Positions 1 to 10,507 of a DNA stretch of 64,000 nt are shown piece by piece (the first letter of the stretch is position 1; each line of letters opens with the position of its first letter). The notes under the pieces are model-generated. The model saw only the letters and a program-made list of their open reading frames with translations. It had not been told where the DNA came from and ran no database searches. Source of the DNA: Promethearchaeota archaeon (GTDB lineage Archaea; Asgardarchaeota; Lokiarchaeia; Sigyniarchaeales; SOKP01); contig JAHPZI010000030.1 in NCBI GenBank assembly GCA_019058295.1, positions 1 to 64,000 of the forward strand, in the 5' to 3' direction. Both the position numbers and the translations under genes were made by a program.

Positions 1-1
1 T

Positions 2-1957
2 GTGGAGGAATTATACAGAGAGCAAGAGACAACGGAACAAGATAGAGAAAATGAATTAATACAAGAATTAATGGTAGAATCAGAACAGGAAACAGTTGAG
101 AAAGTAGAACAAGAAATTGTTCAAGATGAAGAGCAGGAAATTGAAATAATACAAGAAGAAGAACAAGATTTCGAGAGACAGGAAACTGAATATAAAATTG
201 AAAAAGAGATGGAACAACAAGAAGTAGATAAAGAGCTAGATGAATCAGAGGAAGAGGGACAATCTCTCAGAGAAAAATACCGTCAAGAAACAGGGAGAAG
301 ACCTATTTATGGAGGGGAACCAACTAAGGGTTATAAAAAATGGTTAGAAATTAAAAATCAAGAGGAAGGTAGAAGTGAAAAAAAAGCTGAAGAAACCTCG
401 AAAAAATCAATGAAGAAATTAGAACCGTGGGAAAAATTATTAATAAATTGGATTAATAAATCAGAAGAAATATCCAATGAAGATAAACAGGAACTAATTA
501 GAATAATTACCCAATATCAACAATTAAGAAGAGATTACAAAAAATTACATCAGTTAATTCAAAAATATTTAAGAAATGCTATTACAAAAGAAGAAACCGA
601 AGAACTATTAGCTTTAGCGAAAAAATTTAACAAAGTTGGCATTGTACAAAAGGAACTTTTTAAAAATCTTCAAGCTTTCAGAAATTTTTATTATAAAAAT
701 ACTGGATATCGAATCTTTGTTGAAAGAGAGAAATTCACGAGGCATTTAGCTAATAAATTAAAAAAAATAAAAGCTCAAAGTTCATCTCAACAAGAAAATT
801 GGAGGCAGTTAATAAAGAAAAGGGGAATAATTTATAAATTAACTAATTTAATAAATAAAAAAGTATATATAGGGAAAACCGTCAGAACATTAAAGGTAAG
901 ATGGAATGAACATTTACAACATTTAAGAAATGGAGATCAAAGGCATTTATATCGTGGTATGAGACTTTATGGAAGTGAAAATTTTAAAAAGGAGATTATT
1001 GAAGTATGGAAAAATATAAAAAACTTAAAAAAGAAATTAATAGAAAGAGAAATTTATTGGATTGCTTATTACAATTCAAGGGACCGAGATTTCGGTTACA
1101 ATTTAACAGAGGGTGGAGATGGTGCTGGTTGGGGAAAAGATAATCCAATATATAAAGAAGTAGATAAGGATTTGCTCAAAAGACTAATAAAAAAAGGCTT
1201 TAAAGCAGAAGAAATTGCAGAAAAACTTAATATTCGTCGAAAAACAGTAAATAAGCGAATACAGCAATTTTGGGGTATAACTCTAAATGAAGCAAGGAAA
1301 CGTTTTATGAATAAAAATGAAATGGCAAAATATATTTTAAAACTAAAAATCGAAAATCCGAGTTATAAAGAGATAGATGGGAATTTACTTAAAAAATTTA
1401 TTATCAAAGGATTGACTTCAAAACAAATCGCTTCAAAACTCGGAATAAATTATACAACAGTATTTGAAAAAACTAAAGAATTATGGGGATTAAGCTTGGT
1501 TGAAGCAAGAAGAGCTTTTATAAAACCAATTTTAAAATCATTAATAAAACAGAATTCGACTGATGTTCAAATAGCTAAAACGCTTGGCATATCAATTTCT
1601 ACTCTATATAGATTAATTAATAAATTCTGGGGTATGACATTGATTGAAGCAAGAAGAGATTTTATTACATCAGATTTAGAATTGTTAATTATGCAACATA
1701 AGACAGCAGACGAAATAGCTAAAGAACTTAATATCTCATCCCCTACTGTTCACTTATGGGTAAAAAAAATATGGGGTAGAACTTTATCACAGACTTGGAA
1801 ATTATTAATAAAACCTAAATTAAAATCTTTAATTAAACAAAACCTAACTGCTGAACAAATTGCTGAATTATTACATATTGATCAATCTTCGGTTTATAAT
1901 TTGACCAAAGAATTTTGGAATGTAAGGTTTTCAGAAGCGAGGGATTATTTAAAATAA
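2..1957 (+). CDS. GIY-YIG nuclease-domain protein with acidic N-terminus and five C-terminal HTH-like repeats (probably 5'-truncated by the window edge)
   Basis: GIIYKLTNLINKKVYIGKT..RWNEH..EREIYWI..GYNLTEGGDG; five ~49-aa repeats of the form L..LI..G.T..EIA..L.I...TV......WG..L.EAR. Confidence 0.8.
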   Translation: MEELYREQETTEQDRENELIQELMVESEQETVEKVEQEIVQDEEQEIEIIQEEEQDFERQETEYKIEKEMEQQEVDKELDESEEEGQSLREKYRQETGRRPIYGGEPTKGYKKWLEIKNQEEGRSEKKAEETSKKSMKKLEPWEKLLINWINKSEEISNEDKQELIRIITQYQQLRRDYKKLHQLIQKYLRNAITKEETEELLALAKKFNKVGIVQKELFKNLQAFRNFYYKNTGYRIFVEREKFTRHLANKLKKIKAQSSSQQENWRQLIKKRGIIYKLTNLINKKVYIGKTVRTLKVRWNEHLQHLRNGDQRHLYRGMRLYGSENFKKEIIEVWKNIKNLKKKLIEREIYWIAYYNSRDRDFGYNLTEGGDGAGWGKDNPIYKEVDKDLLKRLIKKGFKAEEIAEKLNIRRKTVNKRIQQFWGITLNEARKRFMNKNEMAKYILKLKIENPSYKEIDGNLLKKFIIKGLTSKQIASKLGINYTTVFEKTKELWGLSLVEARRAFIKPILKSLIKQNSTDVQIAKTLGISISTLYRLINKFWGMTLIEARRDFITSDLELLIMQHKTADEIAKELNISSPTVHLWVKKIWGRTLSQTWKLLIKPKLKSLIKQNLTAEQIAELLHIDQSSVYNLTKEFWNVRFSEARDYLK

Positions 1958-2050
1958 ATTTTATAATTTTTATTTTATTTCATAAGTCTAAAGTTTTAAC
2001 TATATTTCATTACTATATTTCAATATAGAATTAAAATTAAAATAAAGGAT

Positions 2051-3018
2051 ATGTTAAATAAAAAGCAGTTTAATGAGTTATTTGAAAAGCGCTTAATAAA
2101 GGAGAGTTATGAAGAAGAAATAAATATTATTTTAACTGGCCAATATGGAAAAGCTCTGGAATTGCTACGTGATGCAGAAGCAACACAACTATTCCCTGCT
2201 TTAGTAGGTCCACCAGGTGTTGGAAAAACTATTCTCTGTAGATATTTTGCTAGCCTTAGAGCGAAAGAGGATAAAAATAAGAGTTTTCACTGGATTACTT
2301 TTGATGAATCGATTAAACCTTCCCATCTAATCGGAATTTTCCTCGCATAAGCGATGGAACCGAAAGTTTTGATCCCGCTATTACTTTAAAACAAGGATTC
2401 ACTTTAGAAGCATTTCATCCTGGACCTTTACTCAGTGCTATGTTAGAAGGCGGTACATTTTTGGCAAATGAAATTAACAGAGCGACGGAATACTCACAAA
2501 ATACACTATTAGAACCTTTAGAAGAAGCTTCTATTGCTATTCCTCATTTAGGTCGAATTAAAGCAGATAATGATTTCTTTTTTATATGTGCTATGAATCC
2601 AGAAGAACTTTCTGGAACTCATCGTTTATCTGAAGCTTTAAAAGATAGAATAAAAGTATGGATAAAGTTAGATTATCCTCAAAAGGCAACGGAGTTAGAC
2701 ATTATTAGAATTAATTTACCCGAGCATTTTATAATTGAGGAATCTGAATTAGAATTAATCTATTCCATTATTGAGGCAACTCGAAAAAATAAAATTGATA
2801 TTGAAATTCCCGCTTCAATAAGAGCAGGAATTGCTATGGCTAAGTTATTAGGTCACCAAAGAGCATTAGAAAAAGAAAAAAAAATTAGTGAAAAAGACTC
2901 ATATTCTTACTTGTCCGATATCGCAAAGCATGTATTATTAGGTAGTCTTAAACCTAAACCAGGTATGAAAGTTGAAGATATTGTTGAAGGTATTATTGCT
3001 AGAACTTTAGGAGGGTAA
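2051..3018 (+). CDS. MoxR-family AAA+ ATPase, spliced: join(2051..2336,2366..3018), 312 aa
   Basis: Walker A GPPGVGKT in ORF 2051-2350 and Walker B region FLANEINRA in ORF 2440-3018; removing 2337-2365 gives continuous SHLIG-SFDPAITLKQGFTLEAFHPGPLLSAMLEGG. Confidence 0.85.
2337..2365 (+). other. Putative 29-nt BHB-type mRNA intron in MoxR ATPase gene
   Basis: Central helix TCGG(2331-34)/CCGA(2360-63); inner stem TTCC-TCGC-ataa-GCGA-t-GGAA; 3' bulge AAG; 5' bulge is 4 nt (AATT, relaxed); cuts after 2nd bulge nt restore frame. Confidence 0.8.
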
Positions 3019-3027
3019 AAAGGATTC

Positions 3028-5523
3028 ATGGGTATTTTTCCTGAAAATCCATGTGAATTTGCTGTCGAATTTATACGTAGGATGAGATATCATCCCGATA
3101 TAGTCCAGATGCCTTCCTCGAGACAAGTATTATCTATTCCAAAATTAATTTTAGCGCGATACTATCGCAAAGGCTCAGTCAATCCAAATGATTTTATTGA
3201 AATTAGCACTATGACTTCCTTTCCTGATAATCAAAAACTTGCTAAAAATCTTGCTTTTGAAATCCTTTTCCCAAACTATAAAAAAGATTTGATGCCATCC
3301 TTTTTTAATGATAAAGAATTTCTTGATCAGATTAATCAAGAGGATTTCATGAATCAAGAAGTAAAATCTGAACTAGATCAACTTCAAGATCTAATTGATG
3401 ATATAGAATTGACTAAATCAATAGATACAGATTTAATTGAGCAAATGGAACAATTTCTTGAAGAATTGAACCAAAATAGAGATAAACAACCTTATGAATC
3501 TGCTTTACAGTTTTTCAATGATGATTCTGAATTATATAAAGAAGAAATAACCTCTTTTGAAGAGTTAATTGAAGAAGCGAAAAAAAGAATGATGGAGAAA
3601 ATTAATTCACTCTCGCCGGAGGATCTTAAAGCGGGAGCAGAATTGGATTTGAATGACTTAATTCAGCAGGCATCCAAACGAGATTGGGAAAAGATTACGA
3701 GTAAAGCGCTTAATGACCAAGACATTACAAAAGATATTAATGATTTATTTAAATCTGGTAACTTTGAAGATCTTATTAAATCATTGAAGTTCTTGAATGA
3801 AACGGATGCCATTCCTAAAGATCAAATTCAAAATATGAAAGATGCTCTTGAAAATCAAATACAAAATCTTGACCAACTGTTTCAGGCCGCAAAAAATTTA
3901 GGTGATACTCCTAAATTCGATCAAAATAATGTGTTGGACAATTCTTTACAACAATCTTCTTTTGAACATAATTTTAATCTAGCCAATTCATTGGATCAAT
4001 ATTTCGGTACTAATTTAAGAGCTCAATTGCTTGATAAGTTTAATCAACAATTCAGTGGTTCTAATATGAACCTTTCACTTGAAACTCTCACAAAAAATGC
4101 ATTTACAAACAAATCATGGAATGACCTTTTAAATCAAGCACTTGAAAATGCGATTCAAGATGCATTGAAACAGAAGAAGAAATTCGAAGGATTTAAATCT
4201 TTATCTCATCAATTACAACAACTTGCAAATTCTTGTGAAAATATGCATTGTAGTCAAAAAATGGAACAGCATCTGCCAGAAATAATTAAAAAAGCTCTTG
4301 AATCAAGTGAGAATCCTAACGAATTAAAAAATGTTGTTGAATTTCTTAGAAGTATTGGTTTAAATCCAGAATCAGAAGACATAAAACGAGTTGGAAAAAA
4401 ACTTGAAATGCCTGATGACGAAATCTTTGAATTAATAGAACCAAATTACCAACTTCTAAAGAAGCTAATTGATAAAAATATTGGAGACTTCGAAAGAATA
4501 AACAATTTAATGAATCAAATAAAGGATCAAATTAATAAAGATCGAATGAAAGAGCTTTTATCAAGTGCTTTAGCATCTGAAAATAGAGATGCATTAGGAG
4601 CTCTTGGGCATTTTAATTTAGAAGAAGCTTTAAAAGGAGCTGGACAAATTGGTGGGGAAGAGGGACAAGATATGCTAATTCAAAGCCTTAGTGCTGGGAC
4701 CGGAGAAAACTTACTGAAACAGTGGTTTATACACCGTCAGAATTTACATGCTGATGCGAAACAAAAAGTAAAGGAATTAGCAAAAAAAATGCTTATTGAA
4801 CTGGGAATCTTTTATTCTCGAGCACGTTTAGGTAGTTCGGTGTCGGGACCAATTCCTATTAATATCGTAAGACCATTTACTATAGGTGATGATTTCGAAA
4901 ATGTAGATTTAGAAGAAACTATTAATAACATTATGGAAAAGGGAAAAAAGCTCGATCATATCAATTACGATGATTTTTTTGTTTTCGAAACTGCAAAAGG
5001 TTTAAGAAGCGCTTGTTTTGAACTCGATATTAGCGGGTCAATGTCCGGAGAAAAATTAGCTTATATGGCAATCTGTGTGACAATGTTGGTTTATGGAATG
5101 AGGAAAGATGAACTTGGTATTACTTTCTTTGAATCAGACACGCACATTCTAAAAGAATTAGATCAAAAAATAGATTTAGAAAAATTGGCAGATGAATTGC
5201 TTACGATTAACGCACGAGGTGGAACAATGGTTCAAAAAGCACTTGAATGGGCTAGGCGTCAATTTAAAGAAAAATCTGCCACTCGTGAAAAGCTGAATGT
5301 TCTCTTTACAGACGCTGAGATTTTCGATCTTCAGCAATCGCTTAATGAATTAAGAATTTTTCGTAGTATGGGGATCGATTTTATTTTAGTTGTGCCAGAA
5401 AATTCATTCAACCTTAAAGATGCAAAAAAAATCGTAAAAATTGCTGGCGGACAGCTACTAACAATAAAAGATTGGAATGAATTTCCCCAATTAATATCAG
5501 ATATAATTAAATCGAAATTTTAA
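3028..5523 (+). CDS. VWA (MIDAS) domain protein, MoxR partner
   Basis: C-terminal ELDISGSMSG (DxSxS), GGT, LFTDAE; directly downstream of MoxR. Confidence 0.85.
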   Translation: MGIFPENPCEFAVEFIRRMRYHPDIVQMPSSRQVLSIPKLILARYYRKGSVNPNDFIEISTMTSFPDNQKLAKNLAFEILFPNYKKDLMPSFFNDKEFLDQINQEDFMNQEVKSELDQLQDLIDDIELTKSIDTDLIEQMEQFLEELNQNRDKQPYESALQFFNDDSELYKEEITSFEELIEEAKKRMMEKINSLSPEDLKAGAELDLNDLIQQASKRDWEKITSKALNDQDITKDINDLFKSGNFEDLIKSLKFLNETDAIPKDQIQNMKDALENQIQNLDQLFQAAKNLGDTPKFDQNNVLDNSLQQSSFEHNFNLANSLDQYFGTNLRAQLLDKFNQQFSGSNMNLSLETLTKNAFTNKSWNDLLNQALENAIQDALKQKKKFEGFKSLSHQLQQLANSCENMHCSQKMEQHLPEIIKKALESSENPNELKNVVEFLRSIGLNPESEDIKRVGKKLEMPDDEIFELIEPNYQLLKKLIDKNIGDFERINNLMNQIKDQINKDRMKELLSSALASENRDALGALGHFNLEEALKGAGQIGGEEGQDMLIQSLSAGTGENLLKQWFIHRQNLHADAKQKVKELAKKMLIELGIFYSRARLGSSVSGPIPINIVRPFTIGDDFENVDLEETINNIMEKGKKLDHINYDDFFVFETAKGLRSACFELDISGSMSGEKLAYMAICVTMLVYGMRKDELGITFFESDTHILKELDQKIDLEKLADELLTINARGGTMVQKALEWARRQFKEKSATREKLNVLFTDAEIFDLQQSLNELRIFRSMGIDFILVVPENSFNLKDAKKIVKIAGGQLLTIKDWNEFPQLISDIIKSKF

Positions 5524-5531
5524 AGTGCAGA

Positions 5532-7895
5532 ATGATTAAGGAATCCTTACCAGAACTTATAATAGGAGAATTCGGTGAAAAATTATACCAAAAATCACTG
5601 ATTTTTCCTAATAATAAAATAAATATAATTTACATCAGAGAAGATCCAATAAAAATTAATTCAATAATTTTGGATAATGATCGTGAATTCCATCTAATTA
5701 TTGACGAAGAGAAAGCAGAAATTTTTCATGACTGTCCGAGTTTTTTAATACATTCACTAAAAGAAAAAAAAATATGCGTCCATTTAATTAAAGCGTTATT
5801 AATGATAAAAAGAAACCTTGCTTTAAAAATTTTAAATAATTTTAATAATTATAAGTTAACTTCTGAAGATTTTGGTTCAAAAAAAAAAAGTAAAAATTAT
5901 ATATTGCTCTCAAACACCTGTTTTGAAAGAGATAATTGTGTTGAGGGTTTAAGCTATCTAAACAAGGCCATAATTAATCAAAGTGAATGCGAAAGTATCA
6001 TTGAAAATTATTTAAAAAAGTCCATTGATAATAACCTATATGTTGAATTCTTTGAATTTTTAAAAACATGTATTGAAAATGAATTAATTGATCCTCTTTT
6101 ACAATTCAATCATTACATTATTGAGGGCTTTAAAAATTTATTAAATTCCACAGCCAATTATTCTTTCATTTATATACTCTTTATCATCGAATCCTTAAAT
6201 GTTATTTTTAACTTTATTGATCTCTCATTTTCTAAAGATTTATTTAATAAATTTGAAAAAATGGTTTATAGCTCCAGTCTAAATGAAAAATATTTTTCAA
6301 TTTATTTTATTATGAAGAATTTTGACAAATTAATAGATATAAATCCATTATTTAAAGCTTTAATTGAAAAAAATCATTTAGAATCTTTAAAAAACGAAAT
6401 TTTAGAATATTTTTTTGGTGAAATTGAAAATCTTGCTGTAATAGATAAATTAAAATTAATGAAAAGGCAATTTAAAGTAATAGGAATTTCAAAAAATAGA
6501 TTTTATAATGAATATAGGAGCTATAAAAATGAAATAAAGGAATTAGAAAAGAAAGTTTATTTAAAAAAATTCTCTTTTCTGAAACTCTTAATGGAAAAAT
6601 ATAATATAATTAGTTCTAAAGGAGAATTCAGAAAAAAAAGGAATACTTATATAATTCAACACGATCCAGTAAATTTAAAAAATCCAGTCTATCAATACAT
6701 TATAAGGCGCCTTGGATTTTTTGGTTTGAATGATCAAATAATTAAATCCAATGATATTGGAATAAATTATTTTATTATTAGAGAGCTTTTCTTAGATAAT
6801 TTAACCAATCATCCTGATATATTTTACTATAAAAAACAATTTTGGGGAGATAATGAAAATGATTTAGAAATAAACTCTATCGAAGGATTTTCTTTATTCA
6901 GTGAAATTATTCATTATAATTATGATATTGATCAACAATATTCCAATATTAACGATGTAATTATAATTGAATGGGATTTAGCAAATAAACCGAGACAAGG
7001 AAGCATTGTGAATGCCTATGGATCTCAAATAATTATTCCTGATCAAAATAATCCATTGTTTCACGATTTGAAACCTTTTGATCTTTGTTATTGTCTTAAA
7101 ACTCCAGTAAAAATTGAAGGAAATATAATAAAAACAATTAATGTTATATCAAAATGCTCGTTTAAAGACGCAATTAATAGTGTTTCTAAAGGAATGAGTT
7201 TTATTGAGGGATTTTATCCATTATCTCTCGTTAAAACTGTATTGGACAAAGAAATTAGTCCATTTAAAGCTAATGAAATTGCGGTAAATAATCCTAATAA
7301 AATCTTTATCCCTAAATATAATCAGTTTATTAAGAACTTTAGAGAGTTTCTTTTTGATTTTATTAATAGAGAAAGAGATTATATTTTTGAAGAAGTAAAA
7401 TCTGATCCAGAGAAAAAAGCAAATCAGATAATTATCTTATTAAATTTAACAAATGAACTTTCCGGATTGAATTTACCATATTCTACAATTTTAAAGAAGT
7501 TATTAAATCAAAATGTAAATTTACAAGAATTTAAATTAAAATTTTTAAAGGAAATACACATTATTATAAAAGAAATTTTAGAAAAAAGAAATGTTGGTAA
7601 TACGATAGTTTTTGATTTAAAAAAAATGCGAAATACACCATTTTCTAAATATTCGAACGAAATTCTCAATATCAGAAAACAAGAATTCGAATCTGGAAAA
7701 GTTTATAAATTTCAAGACAAAGCAGAGATATGGTATGATGTCTCAGAAATTAAAAACACATTTTATGGAAAAAAATTCTTTAATATTTTGAATATAGACA
7801 AGGAAATATCAATAAAACCAGATAAATTTATAAAGTTCTCTGAGTTTGCTTCAAAACTAAGATTGAAAATAACTTTAAGAATTACAAATAATTAA
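5532..7895 (+). CDS. SWIM zinc-finger-containing protein
   Basis: HDCPSF...ICVHLIKAL near N-terminus; co-oriented with MoxR-VWA. Confidence 0.6.
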   Translation: MIKESLPELIIGEFGEKLYQKSLIFPNNKINIIYIREDPIKINSIILDNDREFHLIIDEEKAEIFHDCPSFLIHSLKEKKICVHLIKALLMIKRNLALKILNNFNNYKLTSEDFGSKKKSKNYILLSNTCFERDNCVEGLSYLNKAIINQSECESIIENYLKKSIDNNLYVEFFEFLKTCIENELIDPLLQFNHYIIEGFKNLLNSTANYSFIYILFIIESLNVIFNFIDLSFSKDLFNKFEKMVYSSSLNEKYFSIYFIMKNFDKLIDINPLFKALIEKNHLESLKNEILEYFFGEIENLAVIDKLKLMKRQFKVIGISKNRFYNEYRSYKNEIKELEKKVYLKKFSFLKLLMEKYNIISSKGEFRKKRNTYIIQHDPVNLKNPVYQYIIRRLGFFGLNDQIIKSNDIGINYFIIRELFLDNLTNHPDIFYYKKQFWGDNENDLEINSIEGFSLFSEIIHYNYDIDQQYSNINDVIIIEWDLANKPRQGSIVNAYGSQIIIPDQNNPLFHDLKPFDLCYCLKTPVKIEGNIIKTINVISKCSFKDAINSVSKGMSFIEGFYPLSLVKTVLDKEISPFKANEIAVNNPNKIFIPKYNQFIKNFREFLFDFINRERDYIFEEVKSDPEKKANQIIILLNLTNELSGLNLPYSTILKKLLNQNVNLQEFKLKFLKEIHIIIKEILEKRNVGNTIVFDLKKMRNTPFSKYSNEILNIRKQEFESGKVYKFQDKAEIWYDVSEIKNTFYGKKFFNILNIDKEISIKPDKFIKFSEFASKLRLKITLRITNN

Positions 7896-8030
7896 AAGGT
7901 TTTAGAGTTCTTAAATCAAATTTAAAGAATTAATTATAAATAGATCTGAATAAAGTCATTCGGAATTTTTAGGTAATTCTTTTTATATTTTAGATACATT
8001 TTATATCACAAATTAAAAGGTGAAAACAAA

Positions 8031-8846
8031 ATGGAGAATAAAAAAACCGGGGCATTAAAGATTGATTGGTTTAATTTAAAAGTCCAATTTTCTCCAAATG
8101 TCAATCTTATTTCTAAAAAAAATCAATCTAGTGCTGGTGCTGAAGATATAAAAGAATCTGTTATTTGGTTTGAAATTTTATCTAATAAAATTGAAAAATC
8201 TGAGTGCGATACTTATAGTTTAGAAAATGACGAAATAATCAATACTGAACCTAATAATAAAAGTAATCCATGGTATTTCGATTTTTGTGGTGATACACCA
8301 TCACATGATTATAGAAAAAAAACTCTCTATGAAACTACTCCAAAAGTAGATGAAAAGGCAGAAACTAAAACACCATCTCTTCTTGAAGCTCTTAAACCCG
8401 CGCCTGAACTTTCTCTTCCATCTGAACCCAAAATAACCCCAGAAAAAAAACCATCCTCTCTTATTAAAGAATTTACAAAGCCAGCTACAAAAACCTCTCC
8501 TCCTCCTAAACCTAAAGCATCTGCTACAAAAACCTCTCTTCCTCCTAAATCTAAAGCATCTGCTACAAAAACCTCTCCTCCTCCTAAATCTAAAGCATCT
8601 GCTAAAAAACCAATTTCGGAGTCACCTTCTGTTTCTGAAACTTCTACTAAAAAGATTTCTATACCTACTGGGGAACAAATTAAAAATTTGGAAGAACAGC
8701 TAGATTCTACTAGAGATGTTATTTTATCTCTTGATAAAAGATTCAATGCTGGATTATTCAATCTTGAAGAGTATTTAGAGAAAAAAAATGTTCTAATTAA
8801 GAAAGTAGAGACATTTAAAAGCCAAATAGAAAAATTAAAAAAATAA
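8031..8846 (+). CDS. Hypothetical protein with Pro/Lys/Ser-rich linker and C-terminal coiled coil
   Basis: 271-aa ORF, upstream GGTGA Shine-Dalgarno-like motif. Confidence 0.7.
   Translation: MENKKTGALKIDWFNLKVQFSPNVNLISKKNQSSAGAEDIKESVIWFEILSNKIEKSECDTYSLENDEIINTEPNNKSNPWYFDFCGDTPSHDYRKKTLYETTPKVDEKAETKTPSLLEALKPAPELSLPSEPKITPEKKPSSLIKEFTKPATKTSPPPKPKASATKTSLPPKSKASATKTSPPPKSKASAKKPISESPSVSETSTKKISIPTGEQIKNLEEQLDSTRDVILSLDKRFNAGLFNLEEYLEKKNVLIKKVETFKSQIEKLKK
8484..8604 (+). repeat. 3 x 39-nt coding tandem repeat (ATKTSPPPKxKAS)
   Basis: Unit gctacaaaaacctctcctcctcctaaacctaaagcatct with few substitutions. Confidence 0.9.
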
Positions 8847-8987
8847 ATTTATTATAATAAAATCTTAAACTCTAACTTTTATTTTTGCTCTTTGCAATTT
8901 TTTACAATTCATTATTATCAAAAAGATTTTTATAATCATTTAATTACCTTCTACATAGATACGATAAATAATTGAAAAAAAGGAAAA

Positions 8988-10259
8988 ATGTTTGATAAAC
9001 ATCCAAGCAAGGATATTCTAGAAACTAAAGGAACTATTTTAAGAGGAAAAACTATATGTATATGCTTAACTGGCTCTGTAGCTGTTATTTCAACCCCTAT
9101 TATTGCTAGAGAACTAATGCGGCTAGGTGCTGAAGTCATTGCTGTAATGACTAAAGCTGCGACTGAATTAATAACTCCTGCTTTAATGGAATGGGCAACT
9201 GGAAATCCTGTTATCACTAAATTGACAGGTGCGGTTGAGCATATTTATCTAGCTGGCGAGCGCCCTCGAGAGGTTGGAAGAGCTGATTTAATCTTAGTCT
9301 GTCCTGCTACTGCGAACACAATATCAAAAATAGCAAATGGAATTGATGATACTCCCGTAACAACTGTTGTAACCACAGCGTTCGGTAGCAGCACTCCAAT
9401 TGTGTTGGTACCTGCTATGCATGAGTCAATGTATAAACACCCAATACTAATTTCTAATGAAAAAAAACTGCGAAAATATGGTGTTGATATATTAGGACCA
9501 AGAATCTCGGAAGGTAAAGCAAAGATAGCCCGAGTAGATGATATAATTGACCGTGTAATAGATTTGCTAATCTCAAAGAAAGATCTTGAAGGTAAAAAGA
9601 TTCTGGTAACTGCTGGACCTACAAGAGAATATATTGATGAAATTCGCTATATTAGTAATAATTCAAGTGGTAGAATGGGTATTGAAATTGCAAAGGAGGC
9701 ATCAGCAAGAGGAGCTGATGTTTTATTAGTAGCGGGTCATTGTATGGCAAAAATTCCTGATTATTTAAATAAAATCAACTGTGTTTCCACTAATGAATTT
9801 ATAAGAACTGTTAAGGATGAATTGGGCTATAAAGATTACGACTTTTTTATTTGTGCCGCTGCTATAAGTGATTATTCCCCTACTAATCACATTGAAGGAA
9901 AAATATCGTCGGATAATGTAAAAGAATTACAAATAAATATGAGATTAACACCAAAAATTATTAACGAGGCTAGGAGAAAAAATCACAAGGTGTTTATCGT
10001 CGGATTTAAAGCAGAAACAAATGTTTCTCGAAGTGAGTTAATAGACCGTGCATACGAACGTCTCAAACGTTCAGAAATTGACTTGATTGTGGCTAATGAT
10101 GTAGGAAGAGAGGATATTGGATTTGTAAGTAAAGATAATGAAGTTTACATTATAGATAAAGAAAAACATATTACCCATGTAGAAAAAAATTCCAAGCGTT
10201 ATGTCGCATCTAAAATATTAGACGCGGCTATAGAAAATTTTAGAATTAAAAATCTGTAA
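8988..10259 (+). CDS. coaBC: Bifunctional phosphopantothenoylcysteine decarboxylase/synthetase
   Basis: LTGSVA, CPATANTISK, PAMHESMY, VTAGPTREYID.IRYISN.SSGRMG, VGFKAET, IVANDV. Confidence 0.95.
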   Translation: MFDKHPSKDILETKGTILRGKTICICLTGSVAVISTPIIARELMRLGAEVIAVMTKAATELITPALMEWATGNPVITKLTGAVEHIYLAGERPREVGRADLILVCPATANTISKIANGIDDTPVTTVVTTAFGSSTPIVLVPAMHESMYKHPILISNEKKLRKYGVDILGPRISEGKAKIARVDDIIDRVIDLLISKKDLEGKKILVTAGPTREYIDEIRYISNNSSGRMGIEIAKEASARGADVLLVAGHCMAKIPDYLNKINCVSTNEFIRTVKDELGYKDYDFFICAAAISDYSPTNHIEGKISSDNVKELQINMRLTPKIINEARRKNHKVFIVGFKAETNVSRSELIDRAYERLKRSEIDLIVANDVGREDIGFVSKDNEVYIIDKEKHITHVEKNSKRYVASKILDAAIENFRIKNL

Positions 10260-10507
10260 AAATCTTCTTTAATTAACATTAATATTCCTTCTTTGCTTTC
10301 TTTTTTAGATTTTTTCATCTAAAGAAAAACTTTAAATAATAAATCAATTTCTCTAAAAATTGAAGTTTAAGGAAGTAAAACATTTGTAGAATATTAGATA
10401 TTAGATTATATCTTAAGTACTAAATAATTAAACTTTTACCTTATGTATAAATACATACATAATTAAAAGTATTTTAAAGAAAGAAAAATAAAAAAGTAAA
10501 ATAAAGA

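Noticed and set aside
2051-3018. moxR as a pseudogene, stop read-through or programmed frameshift
   Set aside because: Read-through of TAA 2348 stays in the wrong frame, and a frameshift would leave about 10 extra residues in the LIG.FDP motif. Precise BHB-guided excision fits better, though it is not proven.
8327-8761. 144-aa minus-strand ORF with repeats
   Set aside because: Antisense of the Pro-rich repeat in ORF 8031.
9240-9290. GC-rich stretch in coaBC (LAGERPREVGRAD) as a possible in-frame intron
   Set aside because: No convincing BHB, and archaeal CoaBC proteins have a variable loop here. In-frame introns elsewhere cannot be excluded by eye.
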